A stretch of DNA of 64,000 bases from an uncultured Actinomycetota bacterium. GTDB lineage: Bacteria; Actinomycetota; Actinomycetes; S36-B12; UBA10799. Positions 25,793 to 33,812 of this stretch are shown here, one piece after another (position 1 is the first letter of the stretch; the number at the start of each line of letters is the position of its first letter). Under the pieces are notes generated by a model. It saw nothing but the letters and a program-made list of their open reading frames with translations. It was not told the DNA's origin and made no database searches. Where the stretch lies: the NCBI GenBank assembly GCA_963769435.1, contig CAVYLN010000001.1:887722-951721 (forward strand). Direction: 5' to 3'. The position numbers and the translations under genes are program-made.

Positions 25793-26239
25793 GCGGCCGT
25801 CCCCCTGCTCACGATGATGCTGCGGGTCTTGACCACCAGGTCACCGTCGAGGGTGACGACGTCGGCTGCGGTCGTGAGGAACTCATTGCGCCCGCGCGCA
25901 CCGATGTCGGCGATGTAGGACTTCACGACGACCTCATCGCCGGCCATGCAGCGGGCGTTCGTACTCGAAGCCCTGCTCGCCGTGGACCACCAGTGCGTAG
26001 TTCAGTCCGAGTTCGGGGTCGAACATGGCCGCCGCCATCGCCTTCATCGTCAGCGAGAACGCGAACGTGGGGGGCGCCGGCAGGTCCCGGTACCCCAGTT
26101 CGGCGGCGGCGGCGAGGTCGTGGAATACCGGCGAGAAGTCGCCGATCGCGGTCGCGAACTCCCGCACCTTCTCGCGTCCGATGAGATACGGATCAGTGTC
26201 CGGGTACCTCTTGCCGATGAAATCCGGATTCAGCGCCAC
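25789..26239 (-). pseudogene. MaoC-family dehydratase N-terminal-type subunit (HadA-like), frame broken by a 1-nt insertion near 25943
   Basis: MALNPDFIGKRYPDTDPYLIGREKVREFATAIGD..VVHGEQGFEYERPLH, then a stop in frame. Removing one G restores AGDEVVVKSYIADIGARGRNEFLTTAADVVTLDGDLVVKTRSIIV, ending in TGA overlapped by the next ATG. Confidence 0.7.
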
Positions 26240-26314
26240 GCCCTGCCTCCCAGCCCATTGCCTGCGAACAGCCTAGTGGCCCGTCAGGGGGTCAGGCGGA
26301 CAGCGCCGACCGGC

Positions 26315-26479
26315 TCATCGGGTTTCTTTGTGCTCCGTGTGCTTCTTGCACGTCGGGCAGAACTTCTTCAACTCGATCCGGTCGGGATCGTTGCGCCGAT
26401 TCTTGCGCGTGATGTAGTTGCGGTTCTTGCATTCCACGCACGCCATGGTGATCTTGGGGCGGACATCTGATTTCGCCAC
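26315..26479 (-). CDS. rpmG: 50S ribosomal protein L33
   Basis: 54 aa, not in the ORF track: [57 protein letters not shown] start with an AGGAAAGG RBS. Confidence 0.9.
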   Translation of the reverse strand: MAKSDVRPKITMACVECKNRNYITRKNRRNDPDRIELKKFCPTCKKHTEHKETR

Positions 26480-26501
26480 GATGAACCTTTCCTAGTGGTT
26501 G

Positions 26502-26575
26502 TAGCGGAGGCCGGACTTGAACCGGCGACACAGCGATTATGAGCCGCTTGCTCTGCCAGGCTGAGCTACTCCGCC
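26502..26575 (-). tRNA. tRNA-Met (anticodon CAT; elongator-like anticodon stem)
   Basis: Minus strand GGCGGAGTAGCTCAGCCTGGCAGAGCAAGCGGCTCATAATCGCTGTGTCGCCGGTTCAAGTCCGGCCTCCGCTA folds as a cloverleaf. It lacks the three consecutive G-C pairs in the anticodon stem expected of initiator tRNA. A lysidine-modified Ile tRNA cannot be excluded. Confidence 0.85.
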
Positions 26576-26598
26576 TCGCGAGGCCTAAGCCCCGGTCG

Positions 26599-26671
26599 AG
26601 CCCCTTTACGGAATCGAACCGTAGACCTTCTCCTTACCATGGAGACGCTCTGCCGACTGAGCTAAAGGGGC
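26599..26671 (-). tRNA. tRNA-Thr (anticodon GGT)
   Basis: Minus strand GCCCCTTTAGCTCAGTCGGCAGAGCGTCTCCATGGTAAGGAGAAGGTCTACGGTTCGATTCCGTAAAGGGGCT, with anticodon loop ATGGTAA. Confidence 0.9.
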
Positions 26672-26759
26672 AACCCACCCAGAGTACAAGGTGGCCTGCA
26701 GACCGCAGCGTGCCGGTCGGCGCACGGATTGCTCCCTGCGCCGACACGACGCGCGGTCG

Positions 26760-26845
26760 TGGTGGCGGGTGCTGGGTTCGAACCAGCGTAGGCGTACGCC
26801 GACGGTTTTACAGACCGTTCCCTTTGGCCGCTCGGGCAACCCGCC
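26760..26845 (-). tRNA. tRNA-Tyr (anticodon GTA), long variable arm, CCA encoded
   Basis: Minus strand GGCGGGTTGCCCGAGCGGCCAAAGGGAACGGTCTGTAAAACCGTCGGCGTACGCCTACGCTGGTTCGAACCCAGCACCCGCCACCA. Confidence 0.9.
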
Positions 26846-26887
26846 AAGGTGCGTAAGCAGGATACATGGTCGAAGTATTGTGCTGAC

Positions 26888-27379
26888 ATGGCAGACAGCA
26901 GCTTCGACATCGTCAGCAAGGTGGACCGCCAAGAGGTGGACAACGCACTCAACCAGGCGGCCAAGGAACTGTCGCAACGCTTCGACTTCAAGAACACCGG
27001 CGCCGGCATCAGTTGGGCCGGCGAATTGGGTGTGGAGATCACCGCCGGCACCGAGGAGAGGGCGCTTGCCGCACTCGACGTGTTCAGGGACAAACTGGTC
27101 AAGCGTCACATCTCCCTCAAGGCGTTCAAGGCCGAGGACCCCCGACTGTCGGGCAAGGAGTACAAGATCGCGGGGTCGTTCCAGTCCGGCCTCACCCAGG
27201 AGAACGCCAAGAAGATCGCCAAGCTCATCCGGGACCAGGGCCCGAAGGGTGTGAAGGCCCAGGTCCAGGGCGACGAGTTGCGGGTCTCGAGCAAGTCACG
27301 CGACCACCTGCAGGACGTGATCGCGCTGCTCAAGGCCGAGGATCTCGACGTGGCCCTGCAGTTCGTGAACTACCGGTAG
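26888..27379 (+). CDS. yajQ: YajQ-family (UPF0234) nucleotide/cyclic-di-GMP-binding protein
   Basis: 163 aa from ATG 26888: [70 protein letters not shown]. Confidence 0.85.
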   Translation: MADSSFDIVSKVDRQEVDNALNQAAKELSQRFDFKNTGAGISWAGELGVEITAGTEERALAALDVFRDKLVKRHISLKAFKAEDPRLSGKEYKIAGSFQSGLTQENAKKIAKLIRDQGPKGVKAQVQGDELRVSSKSRDHLQDVIALLKAEDLDVALQFVNYR

Positions 27380-27391
27380 CCCCGCGGTCGC

Positions 27392-27531
27392 CGCACGAAC
27401 TGGTTGGCCGTTGGCGGGAATCCCCCTCTGCCAACCAGTTTCTGCGCATTTGACGACCGTTACGCCCCTTTTGCGGCTTTTTGGCCGCAGGAACTGGTTG
27501 ACGGAAACGGCCGGCCAACCAGTTCCTGCGG
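27392..27531. repeat. two tandem copies of a related long palindrome (four arms sharing the core GAACTGGTTGGC)
   Basis: Hairpin 1 pairs 27392-27408 with 27430-27446 (17 bp, one mismatch and one wobble). Hairpin 2 pairs 27485-27500 with 27516-27531 (16 bp, perfect). Arms are CGCAsGAACTGGTTGrC / GCCAACCAGTTyCTGCG. Located between the convergent yajQ and ferredoxin genes. Confidence 0.8.
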
Positions 27532-27550
27532 GAGGCCGGTGGGCAGCCGG

Positions 27551-27832
27551 TCACGATCGCACCCACTCGAACACCGCGGGGGGCGAGTCATCAGACCAGA
27601 GCAACGCATCGAAGGGGCAGATGTCGACGCACAGGCCACACATCATGCAGGTCCGGTAGTCGATCTCGAACCGGTCCAGTTCCAGACGTGAGCGCCGGCG
27701 GCCCGACGACTCGTCGACCTCGAGGTGGGCGTCGAGTTCCAGGCACCAGACCGGACAGGCCCGCACACAGAGCATGCAACTGGTGCACGCCTGCGGCACC
27801 AGCTCCAACGACGACCGTGGATTCACCGCCAT
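27551..27832 (-). CDS. 2x[4Fe-4S] ferredoxin (NuoI/HycF-like)
   Basis: 93 aa with two CxxCxxCxxxCP motifs (CTSCMLCVRACP, CMMCGLCVDICP). Overlaps the upstream gene by 10 nt. Confidence 0.8.
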   Translation of the reverse strand: MAVNPRSSLELVPQACTSCMLCVRACPVWCLELDAHLEVDESSGRRRSRLELDRFEIDYRTCMMCGLCVDICPFDALLWSDDSPPAVFEWVRS

Positions 27833-28236
27833 GGTGTTCCCGGGGGATGTTGAACGCGGCGGGGTTTCGCGGGGTCGACCTCGCCGGGCCAGGGCTCGAG
27901 CCGGGCCGGCAGTGGCTGACTCTTGCGCAGGGGGGCACCCTCGGCCTCGTTCAACAACAGCGGGCGCGGGTCGGGGTGCCCGTCGAACTCCACACCGAAC
28001 ATCTCAGCGGTCTCCCGCTCGTGCCACAGCGCGCTGGGGAAGATGTCGGCGACCGAGGCCACGGGTGCCGGGGCCCGCACCAGGCGGCAGTCCGAAGGAT
28101 CATCCGACTGGATCAGGCAGGCCGTGATGCTGACCTCCCCTTCCTCGGTCTCGGCCGCGCTCAGCCAGTCGAGCACGTCCCACCCCTGGTCACGCAGATC
28201 ACTGAGGTGATCCCGCCATTCGCCCCGTGTGATCAT
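27823..28236 (-). CDS. NuoC-like (complex I 30 kDa family) protein, second copy outside the nuo operon
   Basis: 137 aa (138 codons) from ATG 28236: ALWHERETAEMFGVEFDGHPDPRPLLL..PLRK signature. The ATG overlaps the upstream stop (ATGA at 28233-28236). Confidence 0.75.
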   Translation of the reverse strand: MITRGEWRDHLSDLRDQGWDVLDWLSAAETEEGEVSITACLIQSDDPSDCRLVRAPAPVASVADIFPSALWHERETAEMFGVEFDGHPDPRPLLLNEAEGAPLRKSQPLPARLEPWPGEVDPAKPRRVQHPPGTPWR

Positions 28237-28577
28237 GCGATCGCCGCCAGGACCGCGTCCCGCAATGCCTCCGGCCGCGGTGGGCAACCGGGAACGACCA
28301 CATCGGCGTCCACCCCCGCCACGACGGCGTACGAGTCCCAGTAGGGGCCGCCGGTGATCGTGCAGACGCCGTAGGCCACAACCAGTCGCGGCTGCGGGAT
28401 CCGAGCGATCCGCTCAGCCACCAGCGCGGCAGCCGCTCGAGTGACGGTGCCCGCGATCACGACCACAGCGGGCCCGTCCAGGTCCACCAATTCCGCTGAT
28501 GCGGCGCGAGCGGCAGCGCTGCCCGCTTCCACCCCGCAGCAGGCGAGATCGACGTAGTGCAGATCCACGCATTCCAC
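28233..28577 (-). CDS. NuoB-like (complex I 20 kDa / hydrogenase small-subunit family) protein, short form
   Basis: 114 aa from GTG 28577. Four cluster-ligand Cys in the family pattern ([26 protein letters not shown]). The exact start is uncertain. Confidence 0.7.
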   Translation of the reverse strand: MECVDLHYVDLACCGVEAGSAAARAASAELVDLDGPAVVVIAGTVTRAAAALVAERIARIPQPRLVVAYGVCTITGGPYWDSYAVVAGVDADVVVPGCPPRPEALRDAVLAAIA

Positions 28578-28715
28578 TGTAGGCGGCTCGCGATACCGTG
28601 GGGGACATGCACAGCGCTCATCCCGGCCATCGATGTCGCTGACGGTGCCGGTGCGTTGGCCCGCACCGGTGGATCGGCCAGATACTGGGATGAAGCAGCG
28701 ACAGCGAGGAAACAC

Positions 28716-30577
28716 GTGGTTACCAGCCCATCGAAGAAGACCGTCCGACTGAACCGCGTCATCGTGCGCTTCGCCGGGGATTCCGGCGACGGTATGCAGT
28801 TGACCGGAGACCGGTTCACGTGGGAGTCGGCGGCCCACGGCAACGACCTGTCCACGCTGCCCGACTTCCCGGCCGAGATCCGCGCCCCGCAGGGCACACT
28901 GCCAGGAGTCAGCGCATTCCAGTTGCACTTCGCCGACCACGACATCGTCACCCCGGGAGACTCCCCCGACGTACTGGTGGCGATGAACCCGGCCGCACTC
29001 ATGGCCAGCCTGCCCGCTGCTCAAGCCCGGCGCCGAGATCATCGTGAACACCGACGAGTTCAGCAAGCGCAATCTGACCAAGATCGGCCTGACCACCAGC
29101 CCCCTCGAGGACGACACTCTCGCCAACTACTCGGTTCACCCGGTCGCGCTGACGTCGTTGACGGTCGAGGCCCTGAGCGGTTTCGATCTCGGCAAGAAGG
29201 ACGCCGAACGGGCCAAGAACATGTTCGCCCTCGGGCTGCTGAGCTGGCTGTACCATCGCGAACTCGAGGCCACCGAAAACTTCCTCAACGACAAGTTCGC
29301 CCGCAAACCCGAGATCCTCAAAGCGAATGTGGCGGCACTGCACGCCGGCTACAACTACGGCGACACGACCGAGGACTTCGTGGTGCGCTACGAGGTCGCT
29401 CCGGCGCCTGTCCCGGCGGGAACCTACCGGAACATCAGCGGCAACCTCGCCCTGTCGTACGGGCTGATCACGGCCGCCCGTCGCAGCGGCCTGCCCCTGT
29501 TCCTCGGGTCCTACCCGATCACCCCGGCCAGCGACATCCTGCACGAACTGAGCCGGCACAAACACTTCAACGTGACCACGTTCCAGGCAGAGGACGAGAT
29601 CGCCGGGATCGGCGCGGCGCTCGGCGCCTCGTACGGCGGCGCACTGGGGGTCACCACGACCTCCGGGCCGGGTCTGGCGCTGAAGAGCGAGACGATCGGC
29701 CTGGCAGTCGCACTGGAACTACCGCTGCTGGTCGTGGACGTCCAGCGCGGCGGCCCCTCGACCGGGCTGCCCACCAAGACCGAGCAGGCCGATCTGCTGC
29801 AGGCCCTCTACGGCCGCAACGGGGAGTCGCCGGTCGCGGTGGTGGCCCCGAAATCGCCATCGGACTGCTTCGACGCCGCGATCGAGGCCGTGCGGATCGC
29901 CGTGACCTACCGAACCCCGGTGGTTCTGCTGTCCGACGGATACCTGGCCAACGGCCAGGAACCGTGGTCGATCCCCGACCTCGAGGCGGCTGCCGGCACT
30001 GGACCCGGGCTTCGCGACCGAGCCCAACGGACCGGACGGCACGTTCCTGCCCTTCCTGCGCGATCCGCAGACCCTGGCCCGCCCGTGGGCGATCCCCGGG
30101 ACCCCCGGTCTGGCCCACCGCGTGGGCGGTATCGAGAAGGCCGACGTGACCGGGAACATCTCCTACGACCCGGACAACCACGACACCATGGTGCGATTGC
30201 GGCAGGCCAAGATCGACGGCATCGAGGTGGCCGACCTCGAGGTGGACGATCCGGACGGTGACGCCGAACTGCTGGTGATCGGCTGGGGGTCCACCTACGG
30301 GCCCATCACCGCGGGGGTGCGCCGGGTGCGCGCGCAGGGCCGGAAGGTAGCCCAAGCCCATCTGCGACACCTCAACCCGATGCCCCGCAACACCGGGGAG
30401 GTCCTGAAGTCGTACCGCAAGGTACTCGTGCCGGAGATGAACCTGGGCCAGCTCGCGCTACTGCTGCGCGGACGGTTCCTGGTCGATGCGGTCGGTTTCA
30501 ACCAGGTGCGTGGGCTGCCGTTCACCGCCCCGCTCATGCAGGACGTGATCAACGACATGCTGGAGGAGGTGCGATGA
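28716..30577 (+). pseudogene. korA: 2-oxoglutarate:ferredoxin oxidoreductase alpha subunit (KorA), frame broken by 1-nt insertions near 29013 and 29985
   Basis: GTG 28716 with a GAGGA RBS. The blocks [20 protein letters not shown].., then [54 protein letters not shown], then [41 protein letters not shown] lie in three frames. Confidence 0.85.
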
Positions 30578-31549
30578 CCGAGATCCCGCTCAAGGCCAAG
30601 GATTTCAAGTCCGACCAGGAGGTCCGCTGGTGCCCGGGATGTGGTGACTACGCCATCCTCGCCGCGGTGCAGTCCTTCCTGCCCAGAACTCGGACGCAAA
30701 CCCGAGGACATCGTGTTCGTCTCCGGCATCGGCTGCTCGTCGCGATTCCCCTACTACCTGTCCACCTACGGCCTGCACTCGATCCACGGCCGGGCGCCGG
30801 CGATCGCCACCGGCCTGTCGGTGAGCCGGCCGGACCTCGACGTCTGGGTCGTGACCGGGGATGGGGATGCGCTGTCGATCGGCGGGAACCACCTGATCCA
30901 CGCACTGCGCCGCAACGTGAACCTGACGATCCTGTTGTTCAACAACCGGATCTACGGCCTCACGAAGGGCCAGTACTCCCCCACGTCCGAGCCGGGCAAG
31001 ATCACCAAGTCCACGCCCGTGGGCTCGGTCGACCGCCCGTTCAATCCCGTTTCCCTTGCGCTCGGCGCCGAGGCGACGTTCGTCGCCCGCACGATCGACT
31101 CCGACCGTTCCCACCTCGTCGAGGTACTGCGCGCGGCCTCGGAGCACCGGGGCACCTCGCTGGTCGAGATCTATCAGAACTGCAACATCTTCAACGACGG
31201 CGCGTTCGACCTCGTGAAGAATCCGCAGACGCGCGACGAGGCCCTGATCCGACTGCAGCCCGGCCAGCCGATCGTGCTCGGGGACAAACGTCTGGTGCGC
31301 GATGGTGACGGGCATCTGCGCATGGCCGAGGAAGGCGATGCGGTCCGCCACGATCCCACCGACCTCAACCTGGCGTTCGCCCTTTCGAGGCTGTCGGGAG
31401 TGGACCTCGAGCACACGCCGATCGGGATCTTCCGGCAGGTGGAGCAACCGACCTACGACGACGCTGTGCGGGCCCAGGTCGATGACACCGCGAACGAAAA
31501 GGATCTGCAGGCACTGCTGACCGGTCCCGATCCCTGGACCGTCACCTGA
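30574..31549 (+). pseudogene. korB: 2-oxoglutarate:ferredoxin oxidoreductase beta subunit (KorB), frame broken by a 1-nt insertion near 30685
   Basis: MTEIPLKAKDFKSDQEVRWCPGCGDYAILAAVQSFLP, then a shift (CCC-A-GAA) to ELGRKPEDIVFVSGIGCSSRFPYY..TGDGDALSIGGNH..NNRIYGLTKGQ. The ATG overlaps the korA stop (ATGA at 30574-30577). Confidence 0.85.
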
Positions 31550-32442
31550 GTCGCGAACGCGCCGGGCTGTTCTTCGGGATCGGCGCGTACACGCTGTGGG
31601 GCCTGTTCCCGCTGTACTGGCCGTTGCTCGCCCCGGCGTCGTCGTGGGAGATTCTCGCCCACCGGATGGTGTGGAGTCTTGTCTTCCTGCTGGTCATCAA
31701 CGTGTTCATGCGCAAATGGTCGCTGGTCAGGGACGCGCGTCGCCGACCCGCGCACCCGTCGGCTGCTGATGGCTGCGGCCGTACTGGTGTCGGTGAACTG
31801 GGGCACCTACATCTGGGCGGTGAGCAACGGCTACGTGGTGGAGTCGTCGTTGGGGTACTTCATCAACCCCTTGGTGTCGGTGGCGCTGGGTGTCGTGCTG
31901 CTCGGCGAGAGCCTGCGCCGGGTGCAGTGGTTGGCTGTCGGGATCGCGGGAATCGCGGTGGCGGTGCTGACGCTCTCCTACGGCCGTCCCCCGTGGATCG
32001 CGCTCATCCTGGCGTTCTCGTTCGGCTTCTACGGGCTGGTGCGCAAACAGGCCGGAGTGCAGGCGGTCCCGCGCTCTGACGGTGGAGACGGGTCTGCAGG
32101 CGCCGTTCGCCCTGATCTACCTCGGTGTGCTGGCCTCCAACGCGACCATGACCTTCGGCGGCTCCCCCGGGAACTCCGCAATGCTGATCACCGCCGGCGT
32201 CGCGACCACCGTGCCCCTGCTGCTGTTCGGCGCGGCGGCCATCCGCATCCCGCTGGTGACTCTGGGACTGCTGCAGTACCTCGCACCGGTCATCCAGTTC
32301 ATCATCGGCATCACCGTACTTCGGTGAGCACATGCCGTTGGAGCGGTGGCTCGGATTCGGCCTGGTATGGCTGGCGCTGCTGGTCTTCACCGTCGACGTG
32401 GTCCGCCATACCCGGCGCCCGTTGGCCGAAGCGCCGGTCTAG
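31546..32442 (+). pseudogene. rarD: RarD/EamA-family (DMT) permease, frame broken by about three 1-nt insertions (near 31738, 32070, 32324)
   Basis: The blocks GLFFGIGAYTLWGLFPLYW.., VNWGTYIWAVSNGYVVESSLGYFINPL.., VETGLQAPFALIYLG..LLQYLAPVIQFIIG and GEHMPLERWLGFGLVWLALLVF (stop 32440-32442) lie in successive frames. The start is uncertain. Confidence 0.7.
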
Positions 32443-32484
32443 ACGCGGCACCTCGGCGACCGACCCCCCGCCGCGGGGCCACCC

Positions 32485-33612
32485 TCACTTCAGCCGGTAG
32501 CTCTTGACCTTCTTGAACGCCTTGTACTTCGAGGTCTTCTTGGCCTTGTAGGTGATCTTCACCTTGCCGGCCGAACGGGTCTTCACGCTGACCCGGCCCT
32601 TCTTCCCCTTGACCAGCTTGCCCTTGCCGCTGACCTTCACCGTGACCTTCTTGCCGGCGTTGGTCGTGCAGGTCTTCTTCAACAGCACGACGGTGGAGTC
32701 GGCCGGCAACTTCTTCGGGAACTTGGCGCACTTGGCCTTCTGCTTCTTGGGGGCCTTGCAGTAGGTCGTCGAGGCGGCCCACTGCTGGTACTGCTCCGGG
32801 TAGTCGGTGATGATGCCCGCCGGCTTCAGCTTGGCCATCGCCTCCCAGCCCGCCGGGTCGTCGCCCTTGGTGACCAGGTTGTACCAGGCGTAGAGCGTGA
32901 TGCCCGCGTCCTTCAGGACGTCCGCGATGCCGGGGTCGTTGGTCAGCAGCACGTTGATCAGTCCGGCCCACGCGCCAGCCGGAACATCGGACGCCTTCAC
33001 CTTCAGACCCGACAGGGGGTCCTGGAACCAGATCTGCTGGTATCCGGGCAGCAGGGTCTTGAACTGCTCGAGCTCCGGCTTGAGGAACGACGGCACCACG
33101 ACCTGCGCCCCGGATTCCTTGACCAGTTGTGCGTAGAGGTCCACCCAGGTCTGGTTGGGCTTCTCCGGCTTGTACTCCGGCCACACGGAAACGTTGTTGT
33201 CCTTGGCGAACTTCAACACATCGGTGAACAGCGGGACCTGCCCGCCGCCGTCGTCGAGTTGCAGGGTCTTGATGTACTCGTAGGTGCTCTCCGACACCAG
33301 CCCGGTCCCGTTGGTCGTCCGGTCGAGCGCATCGTCGTGCATGATGATCGCGACGTTGTCCACGGTGAATCGCACGTCGGTCTCCAGGACCTGGACGCCG
33401 AGGTCCACCGACCTCTGGAAGGCGACCCAGGAGTTCTCGTAGAAGTACGGGTCCTTGCCGACGCCACCACCACCGCGATGGGCGATCAACTGCGGGATGT
33501 AGCACGTGGAGGCCTGCACGCTGCTCTGCGGCTCAGTGGCCTCGACGGCCGTGGCAGGAGTGGTCAAACCCGCCGCGGCAACGACCATGGCGGCGATCAT
33601 CGCAATACGCAT
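32485..33612 (-). CDS. secreted glycerophosphodiester phosphodiesterase family protein with a Lys-rich C-terminal domain
   Basis: Signal peptide MRIAMIAAMVVAAAGLTTPATA. GDPD motifs IAHRGG, ENSWVAF, LETDVRFT, IIMHDD. The last 91 aa are Lys-rich. Confidence 0.85.
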   Translation of the reverse strand: MRIAMIAAMVVAAAGLTTPATAVEATEPQSSVQASTCYIPQLIAHRGGGGVGKDPYFYENSWVAFQRSVDLGVQVLETDVRFTVDNVAIIMHDDALDRTTNGTGLVSESTYEYIKTLQLDDGGGQVPLFTDVLKFAKDNNVSVWPEYKPEKPNQTWVDLYAQLVKESGAQVVVPSFLKPELEQFKTLLPGYQQIWFQDPLSGLKVKASDVPAGAWAGLINVLLTNDPGIADVLKDAGITLYAWYNLVTKGDDPAGWEAMAKLKPAGIITDYPEQYQQWAASTTYCKAPKKQKAKCAKFPKKLPADSTVVLLKKTCTTNAGKKVTVKVSGKGKLVKGKKGRVSVKTRSAGKVKITYKAKKTSKYKAFKKVKSYRLK

Positions 33613-33642
33613 GACCGCAACCTACCTCGCCGCCGGCGCGGG

Positions 33643-33777
33643 TTACCCGCCGACGCAGAGATCGCCACCGTCACAGCACGGCTGCAGATAGTGGCAGGCG
33701 GGGCACTGGTCCTTGCCCCCTTTGCGCACCATGAGCACCCGTTCACAGGCAGGGCACGGTCCCGGTTCACCGAACAT
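33643..33777 (-). CDS. candidate 44-aa Cys-rich zinc-ribbon protein (unannotatable from the ORF track)
   Basis: MFGEPGPCPACERVLMVRKGGKDQCPACHYLQPCCDGGDLCVGG-TAA. Two CPxC knuckles 17 residues apart, located 35 nt downstream of the FAD oxidase gene. Weak RBS and only moderate third-position GC. Confidence 0.35.
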   Translation of the reverse strand: MFGEPGPCPACERVLMVRKGGKDQCPACHYLQPCCDGGDLCVGG

Positions 33778-33812
33778 GCCGCCAGGCTAACGCCGGTCAA
33801 CCGCATGACCGG

